From an uncultured cyanobacterium (GTDB lineage Bacteria > Cyanobacteriota > Cyanobacteriia > Cyanobacteriales > CAWUOF01), in the NCBI GenBank assembly GCA_963744145.1, contig CAVUSO010000001.1, positions 7,552,001 to 7,616,000 of the forward strand: a stretch of 64,000 nt of DNA, in the 5' to 3' direction. The translations under genes were made by a program, and so were the position numbers. Every line of letters begins with the position of its first letter. The stretch's first letter is position 1. Positions 44,225 through 55,505 of this stretch are shown here, in pieces. Below the pieces are notes generated by a model. The model did not search any database, had not been told where the DNA came from, and was given only the letters and a program-made list of their open reading frames with translations.

Positions 44225-45343
44225 ATGACAAAAAAGCCGGATCTCAGTTCTGATCAATTGCCCGATTCCCCCAATTGGTCTAATTTATTGCAAAAATTAC
44301 TAGATCGGCAATCTTTGATGAGTGAGGAAGCTGTTAGATTGATGCAGGGATGGCTACAAGAAGAAATTCCACCAGTGCTATCAGGCGCTATTTTAACAGC
44401 TTTGCAGATGAAAGGGATTTCTGCTCAGGAATTAGCAGGAATGGCCCAAGTTTTACAAACTCAATGCTTTGGTACAGATCCCCAAAGTGTTTTCAATCCT
44501 AAATCTCAATCCCAAAATTTAAACCTAATCGATACTTGTGGTACTGGTGGAGATGGGGCTTCTACATTTAATATTTCTACCGCAGTAGCTTTTGTGGCGG
44601 CAGCAGCGGGCGTGCCAGTAGCCAAGCACGGTAATCGTTCTGCTTCTAGTCGAGTGGGATCGGCTGATGTGTTGGAAGCACTAGGAGTTAACTTAAATGC
44701 TCCTGAAGATCAAATTATTTTAGCTCTTGAGCAGGTGGGGATTACTTTTCTCTTTGCTCCTGGTTGGCACCCAGCTTTAAAAGCTGTAGCCCCAATCCGA
44801 CGGACTCTCGGAATTAGAACTATATTTAATCTTTTAGGACCATTGGTCAATCCTTTACGTCCATCGGGTCAGGTGATTGGAGTGGGTGATCCTGATCTGA
44901 TTGATCCGATTGTTCACGCTTTGCATCTTTTAGGAACTGAGATCGCGATCGTAGTTCACGGACGCGAAAAGCTTGATGAAGCTGGGTTAGCTGATATTAA
45001 TGATGTGGCAATTTTGTCAGATGGTCAGGTCAAGTTAGTTAGTATTCATCCAGAAGATGTGGGTTTGGCTCTCACCCCGACGATCGCGATGCGTGGTGGT
45101 GATGTGAGGGAAAATGCAGAAATTTTGCGGGCTGTGCTTCAAGGTAAAGGAACTCAAGCACAACAGGACATAGTAGCCTTGAATAGTGCTTTAGCCCTAC
45201 AAGTTGGTCAGGCGATCGCTCTGCAAGACCATAGAGCTGGAATATCTTTAGCTCAAGATATCCTCTCTAGTGGTGCCGCTTGGTCTAAGTTAGAAGAATT
45301 AGTAAAATTTTTAAGCCCATCAACTACTAGCAATTCCGGTTGA
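44225..45343 (+). CDS. trpD: Anthranilate phosphoribosyltransferase
   Basis: [28 protein letters not shown]. Confidence 0.95.
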   Translation: MTKKPDLSSDQLPDSPNWSNLLQKLLDRQSLMSEEAVRLMQGWLQEEIPPVLSGAILTALQMKGISAQELAGMAQVLQTQCFGTDPQSVFNPKSQSQNLNLIDTCGTGGDGASTFNISTAVAFVAAAAGVPVAKHGNRSASSRVGSADVLEALGVNLNAPEDQIILALEQVGITFLFAPGWHPALKAVAPIRRTLGIRTIFNLLGPLVNPLRPSGQVIGVGDPDLIDPIVHALHLLGTEIAIVVHGREKLDEAGLADINDVAILSDGQVKLVSIHPEDVGLALTPTIAMRGGDVRENAEILRAVLQGKGTQAQQDIVALNSALALQVGQAIALQDHRAGISLAQDILSSGAAWSKLEELVKFLSPSTTSNSG

Positions 45344-46288
45344 GCGAGAACGAAATTCGACTACATATTTTTTGATGGTAATGTCATAGTTGTTAAAAAA
45401 ATCATGCCCTAATAAGCCCAGGTCTAATTGGGGAGCGATCGACACTTGGACATTTTTCACGATTAGACCTCCAGCTTCAATAGAATCAACCTTCCCAACC
45501 GAAAATTCTACTCCTTTAGCACTTGGGGTATCTGCGGTAGTCGTCCCTTCGGGAATGACTCCCAAGGATGTAGCCATTTTCTGGGTAATTACCGTACCAC
45601 TAGCTCCTGTATCTACAATCATTTCATAGGTCTGAGCCTCGTTAAAGGTTACATCAATTACGGCTGTTCCTTCGGCTCGATATTTGATGGGAACTTGAAA
45701 TAACCCTTCCCGATTACTGGCGATCGGCGTAGAATTACTCAGGGCTGCATTATTAGAACCGTTTGAGGGTTTTTGTTCTGATTTAGTCTGGGGATTTTTA
45801 GTGGAATCAGGACTACTGGTACTTTTAGGAGGACTAGCTGCTTGTTTTTTCGCATCTTCCAAATTACGCTGATATTCCACCAGCTTTTTTTTAGCATCAG
45901 CATAGTTAGGACTCGAGGGGGGAATGCTTTTCATTAGCTTGATCGCCTGATTCCACCGACTAATCACTAAGTTCCAGTCATCGCTCGATTGAGCTGATTT
46001 ACTAATATTACTGGCACTTTCAGCTTTATTCAGGGCGATTTTGTAAGATTTATCTAATGTTTCTTCTGATCCTGACTGTCCCTTATTATCTTTTGCTGCT
46101 ACTCCTGGTGTCGCTGGTGCTGCTGCACTTGGTTGAGGTGCTGTGGTTGACGGAGTAGGAGCACCCGTTGCTCCTGGACTGGGAGTAGTAGCAGGATTCG
46201 GACTACCACCACTACAAGCAACACTCGTAAAAATTAATGTACCTGCTAGAAAAATTAGCGATCCCTTTGGTCGAGCCAACTTAAACAT
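45320..46288 (-). CDS. Lipoprotein with S/T/P-rich linker, helical module and retropepsin-like aspartic protease domain
   Basis: SVAC lipobox; VDTGAS and GLLG.DF. Confidence 0.8.
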   Translation of the reverse strand: MFKLARPKGSLIFLAGTLIFTSVACSGGSPNPATTPSPGATGAPTPSTTAPQPSAAAPATPGVAAKDNKGQSGSEETLDKSYKIALNKAESASNISKSAQSSDDWNLVISRWNQAIKLMKSIPPSSPNYADAKKKLVEYQRNLEDAKKQAASPPKSTSSPDSTKNPQTKSEQKPSNGSNNAALSNSTPIASNREGLFQVPIKYRAEGTAVIDVTFNEAQTYEMIVDTGASGTVITQKMATSLGVIPEGTTTADTPSAKGVEFSVGKVDSIEAGGLIVKNVQVSIAPQLDLGLLGHDFFNNYDITIKKYVVEFRSRSTGIASS

Positions 46289-46358
46289 TTTTTTTCCCAA
46301 ATTTTAGCTGTCTGAAAACATTTTTAATGATCTTCTCTCAACTGAAGATATTTGATCT

Positions 46359-46943
46359 TTATTTTGGTTGACGCAATTGAAATTCTACTGTATCTTCTGT
46401 AATTTTCAGATCATAACCAGCATAAAAACTTTGCCCGAGCAGTCCGATGTCTACATCTGGTCCAGCGATCCCGACTGGGATTTTGTTGACAACCAAACCG
46501 TTTACTTCTACCGCATCTACAGTACCAGTAGAAATTTCTACCCCTTTAGCACTAGCCGTATCTACTAATGCCTTTCCTGTTGGAGCAACGGATAGGGTTT
46601 TAGCCATTTTGTCGGTAATCAGTATATGCGACGCTCCCGTATCTACCAACATTTCAAACTGCTGAGAATTATTAGAATTTACAAAATTTACATCAATTAC
46701 CGGAACTCCATACTCACGACGTTTAATTTTTGCTTCAAAAACTCCTGGTTTACTGTTCACTGTAGGTGTCTGGGTCGAACTACTCCCACATAAACTATTG
46801 AGATTTACTACTTTACCAGAACTATCCACCAGAAAACATCCTTCACGTTCTTGGGCGATCGCACTGGTTAAGGAAGGGATCATATCGATGTTGACTAAAA
46901 TTATCCCTACCATCAACAGGAGGACTCTTGGCAATTTTTTCAT
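46359..46943 (-). CDS. Secreted retropepsin-like aspartic protease
   Basis: Signal peptide, CF.VD..G.VVNL..LC motif, VDTGAS, GLLGQ.F. Confidence 0.8.
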   Translation of the reverse strand: MKKLPRVLLLMVGIILVNIDMIPSLTSAIAQEREGCFLVDSSGKVVNLNSLCGSSSTQTPTVNSKPGVFEAKIKRREYGVPVIDVNFVNSNNSQQFEMLVDTGASHILITDKMAKTLSVAPTGKALVDTASAKGVEISTGTVDAVEVNGLVVNKIPVGIAGPDVDIGLLGQSFYAGYDLKITEDTVEFQLRQPK

Positions 46944-47448
46944 CGGATTTTCCCTAATCTAATCTATTTAGGCTAATTTCTATAGATTCTGAATTCAGCA
47001 TTGCAATTAATATTTTGTTCGGCAATTGCGAGATTTTTAATATTACTAAGAATATTTCCTCCCTCGAAAATAACTTTTTGCTAATCGGCAAATTTTACCT
47101 CTTGCTTTGAGCAAACCTATTTTAATTTTATAATCTTTTTTAAAGATTGTCTGGACTCAATATGATAAGATTTGTTAAAATACTAACTAAGAATCAAATA
47201 TTTTTGACAAAAACTTGATTGAATAGATTTTGCCCGAGCCGAGGTGAGACGATTTGGCCTAACTCAGGGGCTATCGCGAAAAATAGTATTTTAAGTATAC
47301 CACATTAATTGCCAAATTCATAAATCAGCAGATTTTGACATTTGTGCAGACGTAATCAGAAATAAGTAATAGATAATGGAAAATGGCTCATGGCACCCGC
47401 CGCTGAGTTCATAACCCGCCCATAGTGCAAGTTAGCTTTTTGGTGAAT

Positions 47449-48618
47449 ATGACCATTTCTCCTGCTCAACCAGCCCTCCTCGTCCTGGCAGATGGCACAG
47501 CCTATCATGGCTGGTCTTTTGGTGCATCTGGGACTGCCATTGGAGAAGTAGTATTTAATACGGGCATGACTGGATATCAAGAAGTTTTGACCGATCCGAG
47601 TTATTGTGGTCAAATCGTCTTATTTACCTATCCAGAATTAGGCAATACAGGGATCAATCCGGAAGATGAAGAATCAGCTCATCCTCAAGTCCAAGGAGCG
47701 ATCGCCCGAAACATTTGCGTTCGACCCAGCAACTGGCGTTCGACCCAATCATTACCAGACTATCTGAAACAAAATCACATCCCAGGGATTTATGGGATTG
47801 ATACCCGAGCCCTAACTCGGAAAATTCGGATCACTGGTGCCATGAATGGTGGGATTTCGACAGAAATTCTGGATGAATCGGAACTACTAGCCAAAATTCA
47901 GGCTGCACCATCAATGTCAGGATTAAACCTAGTACCGAAAGTTAGTACCAAGACCATCTATGAATGGTCAGAGCCAACTAATGCGGTATGGGAATTTAGT
48001 CCCCAAATCCCCAGCAGCGATCGGGAAACTTTCACAGTAGTTGCGATTGACTTTGGCATCAAACGCAATATTTTACGAAGGTTAGCCAGTTATGGCTGTC
48101 GAGTAATTGTCGTGCCATCTAATACCCCCGTAGCGGAAATTCTCAAGTACAATCCAGATGGAATTTTTCTCTCTAACGGTCCAGGAGATCCCGCGGCGGT
48201 AACGGAAGGAATTGAAACCGCTAAAGAATTGCTCAAAGGAACTAAACCCCTATTTGGCATTTGTCTAGGTCATCAAATTTTAGGTCTATCCCTAGGTGCA
48301 GACACATTCAAACTCAAATTTGGACATCGGGGTTTAAATCAACCGGCTGGACTGAAACAGCAAGTGGAAATTACCAGTCAAAATCATAGTTTTGCCATCG
48401 ATCCCCAGACCTTAAATTCAGCTGAGATCGAAATTACCCACTTGAACCTTAACGATCAGACCATAGCCGGTTTACGTCATAAAACCCTGCCCTTATTTTC
48501 GGTGCAGTATCACCCCGAAGCTAGTCCAGGTCCCCATGACGCCGACTATATATTTGCCCAATTTGTGCAAGCAATGGGAACCAATCGGGCAGCTACAGTC
48601 ACAACTGTGGAAACCTAG
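47449..48618 (+). CDS. carA: Carbamoyl-phosphate synthase small subunit
   Basis: [41 protein letters not shown]. Confidence 0.97.
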   Translation: MTISPAQPALLVLADGTAYHGWSFGASGTAIGEVVFNTGMTGYQEVLTDPSYCGQIVLFTYPELGNTGINPEDEESAHPQVQGAIARNICVRPSNWRSTQSLPDYLKQNHIPGIYGIDTRALTRKIRITGAMNGGISTEILDESELLAKIQAAPSMSGLNLVPKVSTKTIYEWSEPTNAVWEFSPQIPSSDRETFTVVAIDFGIKRNILRRLASYGCRVIVVPSNTPVAEILKYNPDGIFLSNGPGDPAAVTEGIETAKELLKGTKPLFGICLGHQILGLSLGADTFKLKFGHRGLNQPAGLKQQVEITSQNHSFAIDPQTLNSAEIEITHLNLNDQTIAGLRHKTLPLFSVQYHPEASPGPHDADYIFAQFVQAMGTNRAATVTTVET

Positions 48619-48769
48619 TAACTGAATCCAAAAAAATTTAGGGGTTTGGCGATCGCCCCTAAAATTCAGATTTGACCATCTAAAATTTTCATGATTAGCA
48701 GTAGACAATAGCTGAAAAAAAATCTATACTATAACCTCGACTTGATGACTATTCTGCTAGGAGGGTCAT

Positions 48770-49147
48770 ATTGCTGAACCACTCAATCTGACTGTTAGCT
48801 TACGAGGCGCATGCGAAGTCAGAGATAATTGCCAACTTTTTCGTCTCACCGGCCTATTGGACGCTTTTTCGGAGCCGACCTTTCGTAAAGTGATTGGTTC
48901 GCGCATCGAAAGCGGTCCAAAGCATATTATTTTGGATCTTTCCCAAATAGATTTTGTCGATAGCTCTGGGTTAGGGGCGCTGGTTCAATTGGCCAAAAAA
49001 GCCCAAGTGAGTAATGGTACTTTGCAAATAGTTACTAATTCTCGTGTTACCCAAACTGTAAAATTAGTCCGCTTGGAAAAGTTTCTCTCATTACAGACTA
49101 CAGTAGACAATGCTCTAGCCAATATCCCCTCCCCTCTAAGTGATTGA
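48770..49147 (+). CDS. STAS-domain anti-sigma-factor antagonist, probable ATT start
   Basis: LDLSQIDFVDSSGLGALV; frame open upstream to IAEPLNLTVSLRG; AGGAGG 5 nt before ATT; in-frame TAG at 48758-48760. Confidence 0.8.
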   Translation: MAEPLNLTVSLRGACEVRDNCQLFRLTGLLDAFSEPTFRKVIGSRIESGPKHIILDLSQIDFVDSSGLGALVQLAKKAQVSNGTLQIVTNSRVTQTVKLVRLEKFLSLQTTVDNALANIPSPLSD

Positions 49148-49285
49148 ATGTAATTCCACAAGCTATCCGGATTTGGCTCTGGATAGTTTCTTTTTACTTT
49201 TTTTAAGTTAACTATTCTGTTATATGGAATCAATTAAAATTTTGGTTTTAATTAACTAACTTTTTCCTAGGGATTCGTTAAAATT

Positions 49286-49696
49286 GTGGGAGTTGAACCC
49301 CTTTCTGGGCCAGTAGCTTTGGGACAAATCCAAAGAATTTCGCCAGCTTCTTTAGCTTATGTGGGAGATGCTGTATATGAAATGTACATCCGGACCCATT
49401 ATTTGCTGCCCCCCAAACGCTTACAAGATTATCATGATCTAGTCGTCGCTCAAGTCCGAGCAGAAGCTCAAGCCAAACAGCTACTTGCCATCACACCCTA
49501 TCTAACCAATGCCGAACGGGAAATTTTAAGACGGGGACGTAACGCTGCTACTGGACGCCCCAAACGAGTTGATCTCGAAACTTATCAACAAGCTACGAGT
49601 TTAGAAACTTTGGTGGGATATCTCTATCTCACCGATCCCCAGCGTTTAAGTGAAATCTTTGCACATTTAGAACTAAATCCCATTTCATCAGCATAA
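49286..49696 (+). CDS. mrnC: Mini-ribonuclease III
   Basis: LAYVGDAVYE, RRGRNA, YQQATSLETLVGYLY. Confidence 0.9.
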   Translation: MGVEPLSGPVALGQIQRISPASLAYVGDAVYEMYIRTHYLLPPKRLQDYHDLVVAQVRAEAQAKQLLAITPYLTNAEREILRRGRNAATGRPKRVDLETYQQATSLETLVGYLYLTDPQRLSEIFAHLELNPISSA

Positions 49697-49720
49697 ATAA
49701 AGTCAGGAATTCATAACATT

Positions 49721-50872
49721 ATGGCCGCTAAACCGCAAAACCCAAAATTTCCCAGCAAACTGAAACGCAGCAAACTGAGCTTAAGCAAAAAACTTAAGCC
49801 CAGTATTAGTAACCCCATGGGCACTCAAGCTGGAGGAGAAAATAAATCGGTCAAAACTCAAGTAAACTCTAAGCGTCCAATTATCCGCTCTCACCAGGGA
49901 GCGGAGTCAAATCCTAGTTCTGGTCAAGGTTTGTCAGCAAAAAGAGACATAAAACCACACCAAACTGAGCATGGGCGTCAAGCATTTCCGGCTCATCGAG
50001 CCGCCCATCCTTCCTCAGAATCGGCCAGTTCGGCTAAAGTATTGTCAACAACTGAACAAGATGAGATCGATCTGATTTATGGTCGTCATTCAGTTTTGGC
50101 CGCTTTAGAAAATCAGCGATCGCTAAATCGACTCTGGATTATTTCCCAACTGGTCTACGATCCCCGTTTTCATACTTTAATTCGTCAAGCTAAAGCCAAC
50201 GGGACGGTAATTGATGAAGTTGATTATGGGCGTTTAGATTACATTACTAACCGAGGTAATCACCAAGGAATTGCCGCTCAAATCGCGCCCTACACTTACC
50301 TAGAATTGGCTGATTTAATTGCTCAAGCTCAATCCGCCTCATCGCAACCAATCATCATCGCCACGGACGGTATTACCGATCCCCACAACTTAGGTGCAAT
50401 TATTCGCACGGCTGAAGCGATCGGCGCTCAAGGCTTAATGCTCCCCCAACGTCGAGCTGTAGCAATTACCTCAGCGGTGATGAAAGTAGCTGCGGGAGCT
50501 TTAGAAAATTTTCCAGTAGCTAGGGTAGTCAATCTCAGCCGTGGTTTGGAAGAATTAAAAGCAGCAGGATTTTGGATCTATGGCACAGCCGCAGAAGCAG
50601 CAGCACCGATCCACACAGTTGAGTTTACTGGTCCAATAGTTTTGGTCGTTGGTTCTGAGGGCGAAGGTTTGAGTTTGCTGACCCAGCGTTGCTGTGATGC
50701 TTTAGTTTCCATTCCCCTAGCTGGTAATACACCCAGTCTGAATGTATCTGTGGCTACAGGAATGGCTTTATATGAGATTTATAGACAGCGTTGGTGTAAT
50801 CAGCTACATTTGGAAAATTTGCCAAAAAATACATTGAAAAAAGAAAGACAAGCGAGTATAACAAAGTTTTAA
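49721..50872 (+). CDS. rlmB: 23S rRNA G2251 2'-O-methyltransferase with disordered N-terminal extension
   Basis: [37 protein letters not shown]. Confidence 0.92.
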   Translation: MAAKPQNPKFPSKLKRSKLSLSKKLKPSISNPMGTQAGGENKSVKTQVNSKRPIIRSHQGAESNPSSGQGLSAKRDIKPHQTEHGRQAFPAHRAAHPSSESASSAKVLSTTEQDEIDLIYGRHSVLAALENQRSLNRLWIISQLVYDPRFHTLIRQAKANGTVIDEVDYGRLDYITNRGNHQGIAAQIAPYTYLELADLIAQAQSASSQPIIIATDGITDPHNLGAIIRTAEAIGAQGLMLPQRRAVAITSAVMKVAAGALENFPVARVVNLSRGLEELKAAGFWIYGTAAEAAAPIHTVEFTGPIVLVVGSEGEGLSLLTQRCCDALVSIPLAGNTPSLNVSVATGMALYEIYRQRWCNQLHLENLPKNTLKKERQASITKF

Positions 50873-50925
50873 AAGCCAAAACAATCGCGTCGCATCCCAA
50901 CGCATTGGCTCATTAGGCAAAGGAC

Positions 50926-51204
50926 ATGAAAGAACAAATGATTAATATTCTCCACTTCCTCGGCTTGGCTTATTGGGTTGAGATTCTGACCGAAAAGCCC
51001 AGATGTACCTATTACTTTGGGCCATATTTTCACAAAAGTGAAGCCCAGGCGGCTAGTCTAGGCTTTATCGAAGATTTAGAACAAGAGGGCGCTCAGGGGA
51101 TCAAAGTTCTCATTAAGCGCTGTAAACCAGTTAACCTGACCGTATATGAGGATGAAGTGGGGGAGTTGATTAAACCACAGCCAATTTTCAGTAGTCAAAC
51201 TTAA
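50926..51204 (+). CDS. DUF1816-like small protein
   Basis: WVEI.T..PRCTYYFGP...DLEQEGA...KRCKP..LT. Confidence 0.75.
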   Translation: MKEQMINILHFLGLAYWVEILTEKPRCTYYFGPYFHKSEAQAASLGFIEDLEQEGAQGIKVLIKRCKPVNLTVYEDEVGELIKPQPIFSSQT

Positions 51205-52040
51205 AAATTTTTACCTAGATTTTTGTCAAGCCAATCCTCGATATCTTGGAGTAATTGCTTGGGGATCTCCCATGGCAATAAATGGGCTGTGTTCGGATAG
51301 GATTGCCACTGACAATGGGGAAGATGACGAGCAGTTTCTTGACTAGAGATGGCAGTAATATGGCGGTCAAATTCTCCAGCTAGCATTAAGCAGGCACATT
51401 GAATATGTTCTAAATCGGATAAACGATTATAATCAGCTCTCAAAGCGATGTTGAGAGCTTTATTCGCTTGGGGTGATGTTTGCCAATAAGCGGGTATTCC
51501 ATAATGGGCTAAATATTGGTAGGCTAAGGTTGTATGTTGATGTAGAAGGTAGCGGTAAAGCGATCGCTGACCGAAAGTGTCTATATTCCACTGCCATCCT
51601 GGTTTAATTAGATTAATGAGCGAAGCTAATCCTGTATAAACTAGATCCTGCCACTTAATTGGTGGGTGATTGCCTCTGGGATGGGCTGCGGTCGCAATTA
51701 AAATTAAACCCTTGATTCGTTGTGGTAGTCTCAGGGCTAACTCGATCGCTAAAATTCCTCCTAGTGACCATCCCAAGACTAAGCATTGGTCGATCTGAAG
51801 ATGATCTAGCAGTGCTTCTAAATCTAATAAGTGGTCAATCATGGCAAAGTCCCGATTAGTTCGACTTTTACCATAACCCCGGAGATCGGGAGCGATCGTT
51901 TGGAATCGAGATGAAAGATGTTCAGTAAAAATTGACATACAATTTCCTGTACCAGGATGACCATGTAAACAAAGGATGGGCAATCCTTGACCTGTGACTT
52001 GAAAATTAAGAAATATAGCTGTTGAGAGAGTTTTTGGCAT
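51201..52040 (-). CDS. Alpha/beta fold hydrolase
   Basis: LHGHPG, DLRGYGKS, GWSLGG, AHLLPWE. Confidence 0.88.
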   Translation of the reverse strand: MPKTLSTAIFLNFQVTGQGLPILCLHGHPGTGNCMSIFTEHLSSRFQTIAPDLRGYGKSRTNRDFAMIDHLLDLEALLDHLQIDQCLVLGWSLGGILAIELALRLPQRIKGLILIATAAHPRGNHPPIKWQDLVYTGLASLINLIKPGWQWNIDTFGQRSLYRYLLHQHTTLAYQYLAHYGIPAYWQTSPQANKALNIALRADYNRLSDLEHIQCACLMLAGEFDRHITAISSQETARHLPHCQWQSYPNTAHLLPWEIPKQLLQDIEDWLDKNLGKNF

Positions 52041-52053
52041 TTTCAGTCCTTTG

Positions 52054-53250
52054 CTAGATTTCTATTGGCATAAAACGAAGTCTGATATAATTAACCAGAG
52101 CAGCGATCGCAAAACCAGCCATTATCATTGACATGGCGATCGAAGTACCATCAAAAAGAAAGCTAACCAGACTACTAGCAGCAGCACCAGCTAACATTCG
52201 CAAAAATCCTAACAATGCCGCAGCAACTCCAGCAATTTCTGGGAGTGGTTGGAGGGAATTGTGTGTAGCATTGGGAGCAATTATTCCATAACAAAAAGTA
52301 TTAAATATTAATAAAAACATGAGGATACTAACCTCGTTAATACCCATGACAGATACTATTACCAACCCAATCGCTGAACTGGCAGAAAATATTAATCCAA
52401 AATCTAATAAACGACCTGATGGTATCCCTTGAAGATTTAAGCGTCCACTAACAAAAGAACCTACCATGATTCCCAGAGCCGTCAAAGCAAACAATATTCC
52501 ATAGGTAGTAGTAGAGAAATTGAAAACCTTCAGCATCACTAAAGGTGAACCAGCAATATATGTGAAAATACACCCAAAACTTAAAGCATTGACAATCGCA
52601 TAGTTTAAACAAATTGGATGACTCAATACTGTCCTATAGTTTTTAATTAACTTATCCAACTTTAAAGCATTTAAGTCTGTTTTTTTGATTGATTCATTTA
52701 ACCCTAATGTAATAATTATAATCAGCAAAAAACCTCCTAATGCTAATAATCCATAAATGGCTCGCCAATTAGTAAAGGTCAGTAACAACCCTCCCATAGT
52801 TGGTGCAATCATTGGTGCTACTGTCATAACTAAATTGACATAGGAAAGTTGGGCACGAGCCAGATCACCTTCAAATAAATCTCTTACTGTTGCTAGCATT
52901 AATGTCATACCGGCTCCGGCACCTGCACCTTGAAATAAACGAAAAATTACTAGGATATTAATTGAAGGTGCGAAAGTACAACCAAAACCAGCAATAGTAA
53001 AAATTCCACAGGCTAGAATTAGGGCTGGTTTACGACCATAGCGATCGGAAAATGGACCAAAGAAAAGCTGCGCTCCTGCATAACCGATCATAAATAGACT
53101 TAAAGTCAATCCCACATTAGCTGATGATGTATGTAAAGATGTACTAATGATCGGTAAAGCTGGTAAAGCCATGTCTATAGATAAAGGTGGGAGCGCAGCA
53201 ATGATGCCAAGTAGGATAGTAAAACCCAAAGAGTTAGGATTAATTCGCAT
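52054..53250 (-). CDS. Bcr/CflA-family MFS drug-efflux transporter
   Basis: SIDMALPALP, GPFSDRYGRKP, APMIAPTMGG. Confidence 0.88.
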   Translation of the reverse strand: MRINPNSLGFTILLGIIAALPPLSIDMALPALPIISTSLHTSSANVGLTLSLFMIGYAGAQLFFGPFSDRYGRKPALILACGIFTIAGFGCTFAPSINILVIFRLFQGAGAGAGMTLMLATVRDLFEGDLARAQLSYVNLVMTVAPMIAPTMGGLLLTFTNWRAIYGLLALGGFLLIIIITLGLNESIKKTDLNALKLDKLIKNYRTVLSHPICLNYAIVNALSFGCIFTYIAGSPLVMLKVFNFSTTTYGILFALTALGIMVGSFVSGRLNLQGIPSGRLLDFGLIFSASSAIGLVIVSVMGINEVSILMFLLIFNTFCYGIIAPNATHNSLQPLPEIAGVAAALLGFLRMLAGAAASSLVSFLFDGTSIAMSMIMAGFAIAALVNYIRLRFMPIEI

Positions 53251-53273
53251 TTAAGTAAATGAATAATTTAATT

Positions 53274-53424
53274 CAATCCGGTTCAGTTAACTGTAGGGGC
53301 AAAGCATTTCGGCGCATAAATGATGGCCAAAACTCAGAAGAATATTACCGAAATGCTTTGCCCTCACCATTTATGCAACAAACAGATCAACTATATATAG
53401 TAAAATCTTAACTGAACTGTATTG
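53274..53424. mobile_element. MITE, 151 bp, carrying a type-A GTAG hairpin
   Basis: TIRs CAATCCGGTTCAGTTAA / TTAACTGAACTGTATTG; exact 10-bp TSD TAATTTAATT at 53264-53273 and 53425-53434. Confidence 0.88.
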
Positions 53425-53462
53425 TAATTTAATTGTAATTGGCTTTTCCACAATTTGTCGGG

Positions 53463-55400
53463 TTAAAGGTTCCCATTCTTAGCAATATAGGTAGCAATTT
53501 GATTGATACAATTACGCATATTAACCTCATTATATGAAACATCATCTATAACTGTAAGGATATAGATTTTTCCAGTAATTTCCATGGCTACAGTAGTACC
53601 AAGAACATCAGCATTTTGACCAGTTTTTTCACCTAACCATTTAGCTGTTGATCCTTGCAAAGCAGCGAAACCTAAATCATGATCATGTTGATGATTAAGA
53701 ATATTAACCAAAAAATCAGCGCCCGGTAATTCCCGATTATAAATTTCTAGCATCATTTCTGTCAGTTCGTTGGTAGTTAAGGAGTTATTTTGCCAACCAA
53801 CATCAGTGGGCATAGTATTTTCCCCCATAAATTTAGAACTAATGCGAGTAGAATGATATCCATGTTGCTGCAACACTTGATTGATATAGTCCCAACCTAA
53901 GTAGTCAATTAATTGATTGGGGGCAATATTGCTACTTTCCGTAATCATATCTGTTAGTAATTGCTGTAAGGAATAACTTTCTCCTGAGTGAATATCCGAT
54001 GCGTCTTCAGTATAGTTTCCGGCTGAAACTAAAATTGGTGTTTCCATATTAATATTCTCAGTCGCTACTTTTTCAAGCAGGGCGATCGCGATCGGTACTT
54101 TGCTTAAACTAGCGGCACTTTTAGGAATGCGATCGCCCGATATTTGGAGACATTCTCTGGTGAGATTGCAGACCGAGATCATCACTTCAGGAGCTAATCC
54201 ACTCTGGTTAGCAATTTGTCTCAAAATATCTGACTTTGCTATGGCTAATTGAGTGGTTGCTATGGCTAAATAGGTTTCATATTCACCAAATTTTTTATTA
54301 GCATATTTTCCTAAAAAAGATTCTGGGGGAATTTGACTTAAATAATTGAGTGCTTGTTTCCAAAGTAACTTTTTTTGTTGCCAGGTTTGTGCTGATTGCT
54401 GGGGAAGTTTTGACAAATTTAATGCTTGAATGGCTAAATCAGCAGCTTTTTTCCAACTAGCATTAGCTTTTTTTTCAACTTGAATCCTTCCTTCTACTGA
54501 TTCTAGATCCTGTAAAAGACTGCTATATCTTTGAAACAACACTTCATATTGAGCCGAATTTTTGAAAGAATTGAGATTCACAGCTTTGACAAATCGATTG
54601 ATTTCCACCGTCAGGTGATCCCGAGCTTGATAAAGCTGTTCTACGGATTGAGCATTAATAAAAAAAGGTAATGCTGGAGTAGGTGGAGCTAACACTACGT
54701 TAGTATGAAGGAGCAAAATTAAAGGTGCTACCCACAAAACATGAATGAACCAATAGGATTGACGCTTTTGTTCCCGGTGCTGTGTTTCTTCCCGATCGGA
54801 AATTTTATAAAGATAGGATTGTCTTGATCCTGGAGGAGCAATGATAGCACTATCATTCTCTAAGGAAGCAATCTGGGTAAAAGAGGGTAGAGAAACTTCT
54901 GCTAGAGAAGTAGGGGGTTTCCATTTTTCGGTAGAAATTTCTGTTTCTGGAGGGATATTAGTAGTCTCAGCTAGTGGCAAAATTGATGGGTTTTTCAGCT
55001 TTTTGCGGTGGAATTTTTTTCGTTTTAAACCAGCATCATATAGTTTAAGCAAAAATAAAATTCCCAATAATAATTCTTTACCAATGCTGATCAGGATAAC
55101 TTTGATCCCCTGAATTAAATCTTGTCTATAGTATTTGATGGTTTCACCAACATAATTTTTCAGAGCTATTAAATATGGTCGGATTAGTCTAATTTGCCCT
55201 TCCAGATCATTATAAATCCGGGTTTGCCTAAATCTTTTAGTGATTTTCAATATTTTTATTGTCATCCAGGACAAGAATTTAATCATACCTGTCCATAACG
55301 AAATTATATAAGTCCTCAGAGCAATAGTGAGATGACGAATCCGATACATAGTATAACCCCAAAACCATGGGATAGAAATCAAAGTTGCTATTTTGGCCAA
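53463..55400 (-). CDS. Membrane-anchored serine hydrolase (class A beta-lactamase/PBP-like C-terminal domain); start uncertain
   Basis: AASLSK (SxxK), SSN, KTG motifs. Confidence 0.8.
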   Translation of the reverse strand: MAKIATLISIPWFWGYTMYRIRHLTIALRTYIISLWTGMIKFLSWMTIKILKITKRFRQTRIYNDLEGQIRLIRPYLIALKNYVGETIKYYRQDLIQGIKVILISIGKELLLGILFLLKLYDAGLKRKKFHRKKLKNPSILPLAETTNIPPETEISTEKWKPPTSLAEVSLPSFTQIASLENDSAIIAPPGSRQSYLYKISDREETQHREQKRQSYWFIHVLWVAPLILLLHTNVVLAPPTPALPFFINAQSVEQLYQARDHLTVEINRFVKAVNLNSFKNSAQYEVLFQRYSSLLQDLESVEGRIQVEKKANASWKKAADLAIQALNLSKLPQQSAQTWQQKKLLWKQALNYLSQIPPESFLGKYANKKFGEYETYLAIATTQLAIAKSDILRQIANQSGLAPEVMISVCNLTRECLQISGDRIPKSAASLSKVPIAIALLEKVATENINMETPILVSAGNYTEDASDIHSGESYSLQQLLTDMITESSNIAPNQLIDYLGWDYINQVLQQHGYHSTRISSKFMGENTMPTDVGWQNNSLTTNELTEMMLEIYNRELPGADFLVNILNHQHDHDLGFAALQGSTAKWLGEKTGQNADVLGTTVAMEITGKIYILTVIDDVSYNEVNMRNCINQIATYIAKNGNL

Positions 55401-55505
55401 CTAATGTGCTTATTATACGAGCGATCGCGTTTTTTTCTGCTAGTAAATTTACCAGCAATAACTTTGATCAGCCAGATGACCAAAAAATTTTACCCTAATG
55501 GTGAT

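Noticed and set aside
46944..47448. Riboswitch or ncRNA in the long carA upstream region
   Set aside because: Only a short GC-richer patch near 47230-47280; no recognisable motif without a covariance-model search
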